A stretch of 64,000 nt of DNA from Calditrichia bacterium (GCA_963796965.1 CAWCNS010000005.1:736001-800000); one strand, 5' to 3'. Counted from the first letter of the stretch, positions 19,609 through 30,235 are shown. A program made the numbers and translations. The notes: generated by a model from the letters alone, not told the origin.

Positions 19609-19742
19609 AGGTAAGAGGGTAAAGGGTAAAAAGGAAAATGGCAAAAGGCAAAAGGTAACTGCTTTGTACCACCTGATACCTTGGACCTTGTTCCTTGAAC
19701 CTGAATCCTCTTAGCCTTTGGCCTTTTCCCTCTAACCCTTTA
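19609..19742. repeat. Degenerate 7-nt tandem repeats in inverted arrangement
   Basis: GGGTAAA/GGCAAAA units, then CCTTGGA/CCTTGTT/CCTTTGG units with about 7-nt periodicity. Confidence 0.6.
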
Positions 19743-19764
19743 TCACAGAAAAAAATCAATTACC

Positions 19765-20466
19765 TCAAAGCAATTTTTCCTTTTCCCGGCGTAACTTTTT
19801 CTTACGGCGCATTTCTTTTCGTTGATTGCTTTGCAGCATACTAAAAATTGTCTCTTCAATCTCAGGGGTCAAACCAATGACTTCTTTACCGCTCAACAAA
19901 GCATTATAGTAGACCTGTGCTGTCTTTTCAAGTAGAGTAACATTACGCGAAACTGTTATTATATCTAATCCTAAAACCAGGACACCGTGATTTTGCAGTA
20001 TATAAGCATTACATTGATTTTCTAAAGCCATTGTAATATTGCTTAATAACTCATTGCTGCCACTTAAACCATAAGGGACAACAGCCACTTCGCGTCCCAA
20101 ATTAGCCACCTGCTCATCAAACAAGGCAGGAATAACTTGTTGAATCAATGAAAAGATGCTGGCATAAGGCTGATGGGTGTGAATCACAGCATTTACATCC
20201 GGACGATTTTGATAAACCGAAATATGCATGCCCGTTTCCACCGAAGGCATGAGTTCACCCTCAACCAACTCCCGCTGAAAATCAACCAGACAGATCTGAT
20301 CCAGACGCAACTCATTGTAGTCGATTCCAGAAGGTGTAACAGCCAATAAATCTTCTCCCTCTACTTTTCTGGATACATTCCCCCCGGTTCCAAGAAGAAG
20401 ACCTTTTTCTGCTAATTGGATTGTTGTATCATATACCTCTTTTTTAAATACATCACACTGTGCCAT
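19765..20466 (-). CDS. Class II aldolase/adducin family (FucA/DrdA-like ketose-1-phosphate aldolase)
   Basis: GTGGNVS, TPSG, PSVETGMH (catalytic Glu), HTH and NHG zinc ligands; basic C-terminal tail. Confidence 0.88.
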   Translation of the reverse strand: MAQCDVFKKEVYDTTIQLAEKGLLLGTGGNVSRKVEGEDLLAVTPSGIDYNELRLDQICLVDFQRELVEGELMPSVETGMHISVYQNRPDVNAVIHTHQPYASIFSLIQQVIPALFDEQVANLGREVAVVPYGLSGSNELLSNITMALENQCNAYILQNHGVLVLGLDIITVSRNVTLLEKTAQVYYNALLSGKEVIGLTPEIEETIFSMLQSNQRKEMRRKKKLRREKEKLL

Positions 20467-20532
20467 TACTACCTCATAACTTTATATGTTACCTAAAGAA
20501 AGTATATATGCATAAATTATCGGATGTTACTA

Positions 20533-20558
20533 TTTAGAACAGATCAACCAGTTCTAAA
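20533..20558. promoter_or_regulatory. Candidate operator TTTAGAAC-N10-GTTCTAAA upstream of the aldolase
   Basis: Perfect 8-bp inverted repeat about 70 bp upstream of the start at 20466. Confidence 0.35.
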
Positions 20559-20650
20559 GCATGTCAAAGATCCCGCTGCATCGGGATGGGCGTATCTATG
20601 ACTTCTCTTAAAATAAAAGAAAAAGAATACCTTTACATATTCAACAATGT

Positions 20651-20685
20651 TCTCCCTCCTTTTAGGAGAGGGCCGGGGTGAGGTC
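20651..20685. repeat. CTCCCT..GGAGAGGGCCGGGGTGAGG palindromic repeat
   Basis: TCTCCCTCCTTTTAGGAGAGGGCCGGGGTGAGG just downstream of the GH5 stop. Confidence 0.6.
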
Positions 20686-20721
20686 CTTCGAGCAAAAAAA
20701 ACATTATGCTTCTATCTTCAT

Positions 20722-22305
20722 TTAATTAAAATCAACTTTAAGCTGTCGCTGCATATTGCTACCACATGGTCCAACCTCTATTACGATATTTGCAGAGTTT
20801 TCCTGTACAGGTTTTATGCTAAATTGACTCTTTTCCGGAGACAGTATTATCTGACTTTCCGAGAGTTGCCTTCCATTGGGTACATATAGGCGACTTGGAC
20901 TTTTAATACTAGCATCCTCCTGCCAGATGCATTCGAATATATTACTCTCATTATCAAAATAATAGGAGAGTAAACTCCCCGAAATATTCTGCGGATAGGG
21001 TCGCTGGAGGGCAGGAAAATAATGACGCTCATCCATATCTTTGTCATGATCCCAGAATGTGTCACTGCATAATAATCGTTCGAATTGTTTAACCACTACC
21101 CGGGCTGCATTCAGGGCTTTTGAATGACCATAGGCGCCCCACTCCCCGACTAACATGGGCATATCCAGCTCATCTCTTTTCTGGCCGTGACGCCCGAAAA
21201 TAAATTCAATACGTTTTTCATTGGCCTGGTCTACCTGGGGCATGTCCGTAACCAAATCATAACCATGTGGGGCATAGGCCTGACGTTCATCACGGGAACC
21301 ATCTGCAGTTACGAGAGGATAAATGCCACTATATACCCCCGTATTCGATCCCATCGAAGCTTCCAGAAACAGAATATGATTTTTATCAACCCGACGAATA
21401 TGATCAGCCACCCGCTGGTACATGGGCATCAATTTCGATTTTTCGAAATCAGCATAGACTGGGCGGGCCGCATCAACAACACGGGAATAATATTTGACGT
21501 CAGATAAAATTTGCAATAATTTGAACCGGCTATTCACATCCATCCATTGACCAATTAATTGCTCTATTGGCATAGGGGGGCTATTTTCAAGTTCTGCTAA
21601 TACCTTAGCCCCCTCAGAAAACAGTAATAACTGGGCCTGTATGGCATCCTTTCCCGGAAACGGCTCATTCATTATATCATAGCCGATTATGTCTGGTTCA
21701 TTTGCATATCGTTCAGCTACATGGGCCCATGCCCGGGCATAATGGTCCTGGATACCCACCCCATCAGGTGCTGGAGAATTATTCCAGAAATTATCCAGGG
21801 CCGCCTGGACTGCGGGACTTGTAAAATAAGCATCGCTCCACAGGGGGCCATCAGCAATATGTGGCTGATCGTCTGTCAGAGTTGCCCATTCTGGCGCGCC
21901 ATCAGAAAATTTTCTGCTGTACAAATCCTGATGCATATCGAGCAGGATATACAGATTGTATTTTTTGGCAGAATGGATAAGGCCATCAATCTTTTTAAGA
22001 TAGGCTTCATCATAGACACCTGGTTGAGGCTCCAATCCATCCCAGATGATGCCAAGACGAATACAATTAAATCCCCAGTCTTGTAACCGGGCGAAATCGA
22101 GATCTTCATAATCACCAATGTAATTGGCCTCAGGATTTTTGTTTACCAGATTTACACCATGGAAGAGGATCTGTTGTCCCTGGCTATCTATGAATTTTGA
22201 ACCATTTGTCGAGACAAATTTGTATGAACTATTATTATCACATGAAAGTAATAAGGAGATTAAAGATAAAATTATCAGGTAGGATGTTATTTTATTTTTT
22301 CTCAT
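20722..22305 (-). CDS. GH5 endoglycoceramidase-like enzyme with C-terminal beta-sandwich; lipoprotein
   Basis: LFHGVN, IRLGIIWDGLEPQPGVYDEAYL, LLDMHQDLYS..DGAPEWA, NEP acid/base, GEWG nucleophile, RPYP; lipobox LLSC; GGAGG SD before ATG at 22305. Confidence 0.8.
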   Translation of the reverse strand: MRKNKITSYLIILSLISLLLSCDNNSSYKFVSTNGSKFIDSQGQQILFHGVNLVNKNPEANYIGDYEDLDFARLQDWGFNCIRLGIIWDGLEPQPGVYDEAYLKKIDGLIHSAKKYNLYILLDMHQDLYSRKFSDGAPEWATLTDDQPHIADGPLWSDAYFTSPAVQAALDNFWNNSPAPDGVGIQDHYARAWAHVAERYANEPDIIGYDIMNEPFPGKDAIQAQLLLFSEGAKVLAELENSPPMPIEQLIGQWMDVNSRFKLLQILSDVKYYSRVVDAARPVYADFEKSKLMPMYQRVADHIRRVDKNHILFLEASMGSNTGVYSGIYPLVTADGSRDERQAYAPHGYDLVTDMPQVDQANEKRIEFIFGRHGQKRDELDMPMLVGEWGAYGHSKALNAARVVVKQFERLLCSDTFWDHDKDMDERHYFPALQRPYPQNISGSLLSYYFDNESNIFECIWQEDASIKSPSRLYVPNGRQLSESQIILSPEKSQFSIKPVQENSANIVIEVGPCGSNMQRQLKVDFN

Positions 22306-22526
22306 AAATCGTATCACCCTCCAATGACGATAATATAAATATAGGTGTTTTTTGAAGTTCCGGCATCTGATCCAGGGATAGTGCCGTATCTAAAGTTGCA
22401 TCCTTACACCTTGGTTTTTGAGGTTTTCGGAACATGGCAACTAACCCCATGTCAAAAAGCAAGAGGTTTCTGATCCCGCAGATATTTGTATATGTAGATT
22501 AAAGAGCCGGCCTCACATTATAGCAA

Positions 22527-22545
22527 CACATCATGACATGATGTG
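22527..22545. promoter_or_regulatory. Perfect palindrome CACATCATG-A-CATGATGTG, candidate operator
   Basis: 9-bp arms with a 1-nt spacer, about 220 bp upstream of the GH5 gene; CACATTA half-like sites at about 22514 and 22565. Confidence 0.35.
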
Positions 22546-22563
22546 CAAGGCATGTACAAGAAC

Positions 22564-23643
22564 TCACATTATTTGCTGGACTTTTATTTTTGGGATTAAA
22601 AGCTGAAAATAAACTGAAAAACGATTTATATCCTCAAAATAATTTGCCTTTGTATAGGCATAATCGACAGACAATCTTATATCGGAGATCGCATAGGAAA
22701 CGCCAATCCCCAGGCTAAGTGTTTCCACATCATGGTTAAACTTATATCCGCCGCGCAGGGCAACATAATCCTGAAATACAAGTTCCGTTCCCAGATGCAC
22801 TTGCTCCGTATAGTCCACAGGATGGACAGCATCCACGGCAATATTCCACTTGAGATATGGATGATCCGGGTTAATCAGTTCAAGCAGATCCATATACATA
22901 CCGATCTTTAATTCAGTTGGCATTTGAAATTCATCGTAATAATATTTCATATCACTTGATAAATTCTGAAGTGTCATACCCACAGCCAGGCTTTTCCAGC
23001 CGACCTCATAGATTGTGCCAAAATCGAATCCCCAATCAGACATTTTCCATTCTTTGTTTTCCATTTCATGGATAATATCTCCGGTAGATTCATCCGTATA
23101 TTCATTTACGGCATAAGCTGCATTTCCAAGATTTTCATGGGCATATTTAATTTTCATCCCAAGGGTAAACTTATCACTCACTCGCCGGGCATAGGCAAAA
23201 CCAATGGCATAATCTTTTACACCGATATCACCAGTTAAAACAAAACCACGTGGATCCACAGAGCGATCCACAACAGCCGTACCCTGAATCTTCCCCCAGT
23301 CCATATAAGTCAAATCAAGCCCCACCACACCCCAGCTCCCCAATGAGAGGGCCATCCCTATCCCGGAGAGGCGCGTGTCAACCAGCCAGTTAACCTGGTT
23401 CATGGTCACCTGTAAGAAGCTGATGTCAGATAAGGCGGCCGGATTGTGCCATAAACCGTTAATACCATTAGAAATGGCTGTTCCAGCATCACCCATGGCA
23501 TTTTCCCGCGCACACATACCAATGGCAAGATAGGTCATACCACTCTGACCAGTTTTTTTCTTGACCGCCCATGAATTCTGATAACCGATCATTAGCAGTA
23601 TAACAATCAACAAAGATTTGAAAGAGGTATTATTTTTATTCAT
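22564..23643 (-). CDS. PorV/PorQ-like (UPF0164) outer-membrane beta-barrel; true stop probably at 22596
   Basis: YLAIGMCARENAMGDA..HNPAAL N-terminus, LRGGY and DYAY strands. Removing one base of the A4 run at 22606-22609 gives the typical end RFSVYFSF-stop. Confidence 0.8.
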   Translation of the reverse strand: MNKNNTSFKSLLIVILLMIGYQNSWAVKKKTGQSGMTYLAIGMCARENAMGDAGTAISNGINGLWHNPAALSDISFLQVTMNQVNWLVDTRLSGIGMALSLGSWGVVGLDLTYMDWGKIQGTAVVDRSVDPRGFVLTGDIGVKDYAIGFAYARRVSDKFTLGMKIKYAHENLGNAAYAVNEYTDESTGDIIHEMENKEWKMSDWGFDFGTIYEVGWKSLAVGMTLQNLSSDMKYYYDEFQMPTELKIGMYMDLLELINPDHPYLKWNIAVDAVHPVDYTEQVHLGTELVFQDYVALRGGYKFNHDVETLSLGIGVSYAISDIRLSVDYAYTKANYFEDINRFSVYFQLLIPKIKVQQIM

Positions 23644-23697
23644 ACGGATTTTCCGTTATCATAAGTTTGTATCATTTGACTAAATATCTCTTTATTT

Positions 23698-23832
23698 GGA
23701 CAGGATTAGCAGGATATAATTTCCCATTAAATATTATAAGATACTGAAACAAGTTCAGCATGACACAGAGAGTCATTCTGAACTTGTTTCGGAATCTAAA
23801 AAACAATTAGATATCATTAATCCTATTATCCT
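23698..23832. repeat. Nested repeat: ACAGGAT-type outer arms enclosing two GTCAT-type palindromes
   Basis: GGACAGGATTAGCAGGAT ... AGATACTGAAACAAGTTCAGCATGAC (23739-23764), GTCATTCTGAACTTGTTTCGGAATCT (23772-23797) ... AATCCTATTATCCT. Confidence 0.7.
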
Positions 23833-23867
23833 TTCAATTAAAACGGCTCACCTAATGGCATGAAAAA

Positions 23868-25967
23868 CTATCGAATTATGATAAATTTCCCTTTAGTTGT
23901 ACCCACATGATTACCATTTCTATCCCAGCCCTCAACATGATAAAAATAAACCCCACTTTTAATTGTCTGGAAACTATCTGAAATTTGGAACCAGGCCTCA
24001 TCTGCTGATTCAGGAACCGAAGAGCGACTTTCCGGATTGGGGTGATAAAGTGTCTTAACCAGGTTGCCATGGCCAGAAAATATCCGGATTATCGCTTTGG
24101 CAGGTAATCCAACAAACGTAATTTGATCCTCGTTACGGGCACCTATATTCGGATTGAAATTATAGCCGCTACTCATTGAGCCGCCATAGGCAAGACCCTG
24201 ATAATGAAAGGGATTTGGCACCACATAAACCGAATCAAGTGTGGGTTGTGCCCCCTGATAAGGCACGGCAGCAAATTGTGAATTTCGGTTACTATAATGG
24301 CTGGATTCCACCTCCAGTCCCGGATATAATTCGCTTGTATTTTGGCTGCCATCGTCGAAGGCTGTTACATAATAGAAATAGTTTTTTCCCCGGTTCACAT
24401 TTCGATCGACATATTTGTTTGTAACCGGAATCCCTGAATTACCACCACATTCAAATATGACCCGATATGGATTTATATATGCATCTTCAGTTCTATAGAG
24501 TCGGTATCCTGAGAAATCATACACATCGGTATCAACATCCGGTTTGGGAGGAATAGTGTCATGTGCACCATAAGTGCCGTAATACCATTCAAGTTCAACT
24601 TTTGCGGGGCCGGCATTTATCCTTAAATTCGGGGATTCAGGGCCATCGGGTACGGATTGCAAACCATTTTCCCATGCCCATTCAGCTGCCTTCACAACTT
24701 TATACAGGGAGTCTTGCCCGGTAGCTATTAAAGCATTTTTAGCCTCATCCCCACTTAATCCGTTCCATTCTAAATTACCCCGGTACCATTTTAAGCCATA
24801 ATCGATCGCTAATTCACGGTCAATCGATCCCACGGCTTCATAAATAACAATACGAATTTCCTCACCAAATGGAATATCATAGGGTCCAAAAGAAATCAAA
24901 AGTTGTGGGTTTTGAATTTGAGGATCCCAGGCATTGGTATATTGTCCATCATCAGATCCAGTACTTTGGATACCACTGCTTAGATCGGCATACAGAATAT
25001 TATCGGGATCACCTTTTACATGAGAATGAACCTGTGAAGCTGGCCAAAAATTGACCGTAGCCGGTTGGTTTAAATCATCACTTTCATCATCATAACTATT
25101 GTCAGCATGCAAAACACCGAACCCGGCGTACTGTGTGGCCAAAAATTCACCATTGGTTTCCGAAGGATCACCAATATCATCAAAGGGCTTACGCTGGTTA
25201 TCACCATCATAGGCATACCAAAAACCACGTAAACTATCACCGGGCTGATTACCATAATAATGACACCAGGTGTCGTGCTCGCCCCCCATTGCCTCATGTC
25301 CTGTATCCATCGACGGATTGATTACCCGCCAAAACCCAAAGTAGACACCCGTTAAATTTTGCCCATCAAGTTCAATATCACTGTCAGCATTTGTATTACC
25401 TGTATTTTTGAAAATGAATTCCTGAACGATATAACCATCGTGTCTTCGGTTGGCAAAGGCATAGGAGTTCCTCGTAACTTCAATTCCTGCATCCGTGGCC
25501 CAGATATGTCTGATATGCTCATCCGCATCCAGACTCGTCCTACGTATGCTACTCCCACGGTTATCCAGAATACGTTCTTCCTGGGCATTACTTACCGCGA
25601 CCAGAGGCAAACGCTGACGCACGTATTTTCCACCAGAGATAGGTTCTAATATATCGGGAGCCTCAAAATTCAAATAACCACCTTCTGAAACATAATTGGG
25701 CTTGGGTGTCCCAAATTTATCAATCCAATCTTTAAGACCGATCCATAGCCCAACGGATTGCAGATTTTTTTGCTTGCCGACAAAAAAGTCGCCTCCGGGA
25801 TATGACATGGACGTATACAGGGGTGAGTAGGCGGGTAAACTTCCGACCGGAAACATCGTTTGCCACAAACGCCCTATTTGATGTGTTTTCAGCTGGCTAT
25901 AGCTCGTTGCTGAAAGAGTAAATATCATGACCATGGTTAGCAAGTGCTTATTATTTTTGAACGACAT
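23868..25967 (-). CDS. Exported protein with FN3-like domain and T9SS-like C-terminal sorting domain; TBDR partner
   Basis: Signal peptide; DFSGYRLYR..YVDRNV..YFYYVTAFD (FN3); VYVVPNPF..ITFVGLP..IRIFS..GNLVKTL..SGVYFYHV..GKFIIIR (CTD-like). Confidence 0.72.
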   Translation of the reverse strand: MSFKNNKHLLTMVMIFTLSATSYSQLKTHQIGRLWQTMFPVGSLPAYSPLYTSMSYPGGDFFVGKQKNLQSVGLWIGLKDWIDKFGTPKPNYVSEGGYLNFEAPDILEPISGGKYVRQRLPLVAVSNAQEERILDNRGSSIRRTSLDADEHIRHIWATDAGIEVTRNSYAFANRRHDGYIVQEFIFKNTGNTNADSDIELDGQNLTGVYFGFWRVINPSMDTGHEAMGGEHDTWCHYYGNQPGDSLRGFWYAYDGDNQRKPFDDIGDPSETNGEFLATQYAGFGVLHADNSYDDESDDLNQPATVNFWPASQVHSHVKGDPDNILYADLSSGIQSTGSDDGQYTNAWDPQIQNPQLLISFGPYDIPFGEEIRIVIYEAVGSIDRELAIDYGLKWYRGNLEWNGLSGDEAKNALIATGQDSLYKVVKAAEWAWENGLQSVPDGPESPNLRINAGPAKVELEWYYGTYGAHDTIPPKPDVDTDVYDFSGYRLYRTEDAYINPYRVIFECGGNSGIPVTNKYVDRNVNRGKNYFYYVTAFDDGSQNTSELYPGLEVESSHYSNRNSQFAAVPYQGAQPTLDSVYVVPNPFHYQGLAYGGSMSSGYNFNPNIGARNEDQITFVGLPAKAIIRIFSGHGNLVKTLYHPNPESRSSVPESADEAWFQISDSFQTIKSGVYFYHVEGWDRNGNHVGTTKGKFIIIR

Positions 25968-25990
25968 ATTCTTGTTTCTCCAAGAATTTC

Positions 25991-28976
25991 TTAGATATTT
26001 ATACGTACACCGAAGATAAATCGCTGTACCTTACCCCAGTAAACATCATCATTTTCTGTACGAAGAATCTTAGGATCAGTCAGTTCATCTGTACCGACCT
26101 CATTTATTCGACCTGATTTCCAAAGATCATCGTAATAGTCTTCTCCACTGGCCCCGCCCGGGGGATAACGATAGGAAGAGTGAAAAAGGTTACTCACATC
26201 CAGGTAGACTTCAAAATTAACCATGTCAAGATCAAACCGATGAGCCAAACGAATATTAGCCCAGTAACGGTCAATCTGCCTAAACCACACGTCGGGATGA
26301 GCATCGTTAAAACTGGCCCGGGGATGTTTGACCCGGTCACCGCCCTGATAAAAAGAGCTGAAAATTAAGGTTTGTATTGGCTAGAAAGGGATAACCAAAA
26401 AATTCTGGTCCCCAACCAGGGGGCGCGCCAAGGGTAATAACACCACGTGCATTGGGTACGACATTTATAATATCCGATTGTGGTACTCCCCATATTACGC
26501 CATTAATACCAATACTAGGATTATCCGTAATGATCGGATTCTCACTCAGACCTGGGATCTTTAAATTTGATTTACTTTTCTTGATATAATTATAATTCAG
26601 GTAGCCCGTGACAAAACGACCTACAGATTTACGTAATTCAACCTCAATGCCTCGTACTTCCGAATATGCTTCATTATCATAGTAATCTACAACCAGGCTC
26701 TGATCGGTATGAGCAAAGGTCATCACATAGGCAACATCCGAATAATTTTTATAAAAGGCACCGATATGTAGCTGAAACATATTGGCAATACCGATATCGG
26801 TACCAAGTTCATAAGCAATTGTTTTTTCCAACAATAAGGAAGGATTTCCGATTCTCTGCATGCTAGGAGCTGCACCATTGACAATATTTGAATACATTTG
26901 ATAACTGGGTGGGGTTTGTACAAAATGACCATAATTGAAATATATTTTGCTGTATTCGGATAGTGGATGAGAGATTCCTAACCGCGGACTGACATAATAT
27001 TGGGGTTCTGCCTGAATCATCGGGAAATCTCCGGCGATAAAGGTTTCATAAATCTCACGATTGCTAGCAAAATCTAACGTATGACTAATATCCGGCAAGT
27101 TCGTATTATTATTAAAATAATCAAGACGCACACCCAGGTTTGCTACCATCCCCTCAAACTCAACTTTGTCCTGGAGATACATGCCCACCTCGATGGGTTC
27201 TGCCTTATATTGACGGATATACTCCTGTGAGGGATCTTCATCTATCCACATCGTGCGGTCTTCAAATAAAATATCATAATTAAGATTAATACCAGCCTTT
27301 AACTCATGGGCCCTGTGGAATTGACTGGTTAAGGCAGCATTTAATACCATTCTTTCGTTGTATGAATTTTCCCATGTAATCGCTCCGCCATACATGCGGA
27401 AACCAGAAGCCAGATCATCTGCTCCGTATACCTTAGGAATAAAGCCAGATTGAGGATCATAGTAGAATTGTCCATTATAACTCCGCCCCTCGGCGACGCC
27501 CGAATCTTCCGGTGGATCTACATGCCATTTGACATTGAAATAGTTAAAATTCAGTTCGTAAAAGAGTCTGGGGGACAAGGTATGAACAAGACTCATACCA
27601 AGAAGACTGGTATTCCGGCTGATCAATGGCCTGTAAAATGCATAATAATCATTAAAACTGTCGCCATTGTAAGCGACGGATTCTGATTTGGACCAGGTTG
27701 AGGTTGATGTACCCAGCGTTACAGAGTTCACTTCAGAATGCATGCCCTGAAGCGTTAATCGAATTGACGGGCTTACCTGATTAATTAATTTTAAGGAAAC
27801 AATTTTTTCTTGATACTCGGAAACGGATTGGGGATAGGCGAAGGGATTGTTTTCATATTTACCGCCAACTAAAAAATTAGTTTTTCCGGGCAGAAGAGGC
27901 AGCGGGCCCGAAATAGAAAGGTCTATATTATGGCCTATCAGGTTCCCATATTCCACCGGACGATGTCGCCATTTCCATAAATCATGTGCCTGTTGCGGAC
28001 TTAGATCATTATTCGGATCGCCATCGGATACCAGTTCTTCAGAATGTTTAATCCATCCTTTCCAAGTATACATGCGATCGTACCGGCCATCCGGGACATA
28101 GAGAGTATCACCTTCATAAACTGCAGGGCCATCGAGTAACCGCCATTCCCATCTATAATTGGGATCATATTTATCTCGGCCATAATGACTTTTCTGGGCA
28201 GGCGTATACTGATAATCAAGGTTTACACGGATGCGATCATCTGGATTTTTAGTAATAACATTTATAATTCCAGAGCGTGACTGCCCATATTCCGCATTAA
28301 ATCCATTGCGCATGATTTTAATTTCTTCAACCATCCCCGGTTGAACTGAAAATACCGGCCGGTTATTCTTTTTATCAACCATGGACATACCATCAAGGAG
28401 CATGCCTACTTCACGTGTTTCACCGGCCCGGATAGAGATCTGATCCTCCTGTATATTACCACCTATCCCAGCCTGCATACCGATCACATCTTCAATTCGA
28501 TTGGCAAAGGGTGTCTGCTGATATTCTTCAGAGGAGATATAAGATTCAGTGGCTGAAACATCTAGTTGAATTTGATCACGACTCGCTACCACCACAACCG
28601 CTTCCGTTTCTAGCATTGCTTCATTCAGGACAAAGTCTATAATCGTTGTACGGTCAGCGCTAACATGAACTTTTTGTCGGGCGGAGGTCGTGTAACCAAT
28701 CATAGATGCTTCGACAGTATACATCCCCGGAGCAACTTGTAAAATAATAAATCCACCTTCCGGATCACAAGCAGCGCCCAGATTTTCATCGAATGATTGT
28801 TCTTCGCCATTTATCCACACTTTTGTGATAATGACATTTGCCCCGGCAAGCATCTCCTTTGTCTGAGCGTCTGATACTTTACCGCGTATTTTCCCTGTAA
28901 TGCCTGCATATAAAATTCCCTGTATGCCAAGCAATAAAATTATAATACAGAATACACCGGATATACATTTTTTCAT
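25991..28976 (-). CDS. TonB-dependent receptor, frameshifted at about 26350 (joins ORFs 26337..29003 and 25991..26290)
   Basis: AGITGKIRGKVSD carboxypeptidase-reg-like N-domain; plug IRAG..LLDG..GFNAEYG..SGIINVITK; barrel YLQDK, SPRLGISHP; end RFIFGVRINI. Deleting one base from A5 at 26350-26354 restores QLFYQGGDRVKHP...VWFRQ. Confidence 0.88.
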
Positions 28977-29278
28977 GTACGCCTCTAAGTGCTTGAATAA
29001 CATATTTTAATTAAGCGTTTGGTCCCACCAGATGGATTTTTTAACTAAAACAGGATAATTTGATCCCGTTGGGAGTACATCTACAAAAAGACTAAATCGC
29101 CAATCCAACAACCTCAAACTAACTCTATCATAAATAGTTTCAATGCATTTGCTTATAGATACCGGTCCTTATCATAGTAACAAATAAATCACATTATTTC
29201 TATTTAAAACTAAATTTTAACAAATAATTTTCAACACCTTGACATTTATCATCATATCGAGGACAGTTTCTATGAAAC

Positions 29279-29335
29279 AAAAAAAAGTGGCCGTTTGGTT
29301 CACTAAAATTTCATATTGTGCACTCAAAACGGCCA
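29279..29335 (-). terminator. Possible intrinsic terminator after the 140-aa gene
   Basis: Minus strand: TGGCCGTTT ... AAACGGCCA stem followed by C and a T run. Confidence 0.45.
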
Positions 29336-29370
29336 TTAAGTCTATTGTCAGATTATTACTGATCCGAAAA

Positions 29371-29793
29371 TTATTCGGATTTGGTTTCTTTTTTCAACTC
29401 AAACACAAACACACCCCATGTTGCATCGAATGATGAAGGAACACCACCATAACCAGGCTCATTGGCAGCTAAAATCAATTTTCCATCTTCGAACTTATAA
29501 ATGGCAGTCGTTTCCATATTGATCACCGTAGGATCTGACCCATCTTTAAAAATGGCTTTCATTTGCAGATGTTCTTTCTTTTCCAGCATTTTTGTTTGAA
29601 GTTTAAAATACTCACCAGGATTTGGTCCGTAAACAACCAAGCTACTATCTGAAAAGATAAAGGTCCAGTTCCCGGGCTCTCCCTGAACCTGATGGCCTTT
29701 CCAGGTGCCATCGAGATCACCCGCAAAACTCAGTGAAGTTAATAAAAATACACTTAAAATTAAGGAAATAAAAAAATGCTTAGACATTCTCAT
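29371..29793 (-). CDS. Small exported protein, TIGR03067-like (lipocalin-like) domain
   Basis: Signal peptide ending SFA; DLDGTW ... AIYKFEDGKLILAANEPG..P..F; GGAGG SD. Confidence 0.6.
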   Translation of the reverse strand: MRMSKHFFISLILSVFLLTSLSFAGDLDGTWKGHQVQGEPGNWTFIFSDSSLVVYGPNPGEYFKLQTKMLEKKEHLQMKAIFKDGSDPTVINMETTAIYKFEDGKLILAANEPGYGGVPSSFDATWGVFVFELKKETKSE

Positions 29794-30094
29794 TTGAAAA
29801 CCTCCGGATTGTACATAATTAAATTTTTTAATTTGTTAGAACTCTCCTATGTTTTGAAAGTTCCAATACTAACAAAATGGCAATATCATTCAACACACTG
29901 ACAGATATTTAAACTGATAGTGTAATTGGTTTTACTAAACATATGATAAATAAATATAACAGCGGTGCAAGTAAAAAACAATTCCAACTCCCGACGGGAT
30001 GACATTTTCCTTTCCAGATATCACTTGAATCTACTTCACGTATAATAACTTTCCTCTAAATACATTAGACGAAGTTGTAAGAACATAAAAACAA

Positions 30095-30235
30095 CTACCT
30101 GTTGAATGTTTGGAGGCACCCCGCTAAATAACCGACAATTTTAAATTCCCTCTCCTCTACAAAAAGTAGCAAAGGGAGAAGTAAAAAGATGCCAAACCAA
30201 AGTATGTATATAGGATGATTTATATTTCTTTTCAT
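30095..30235 (-). pseudogene. Possible gene remnant: signal peptide plus a GH18-like first strand
   Basis: MKRNINHPIYILWFGIFLLLPLLLF followed by FKIVGYL, then an early stop. Confidence 0.25.

Noticed and set aside
19609..19742. CRISPR array
   Set aside because: Degenerate 7-nt units with no constant repeat and unique spacers; no cas genes.
15642..20466. xylB, fucK or fucA as a standard xylose or fucose pathway
   Set aside because: No isomerase or permease is present, and the aminotransferase and SCP2 lie between the kinase and aldolase. Not excluded, so symbols were withheld.
23868..28976. susC/susD pair
   Set aside because: The partner has no lipobox or SusD motifs, and the TBDR lacks recognisable SusC signatures.
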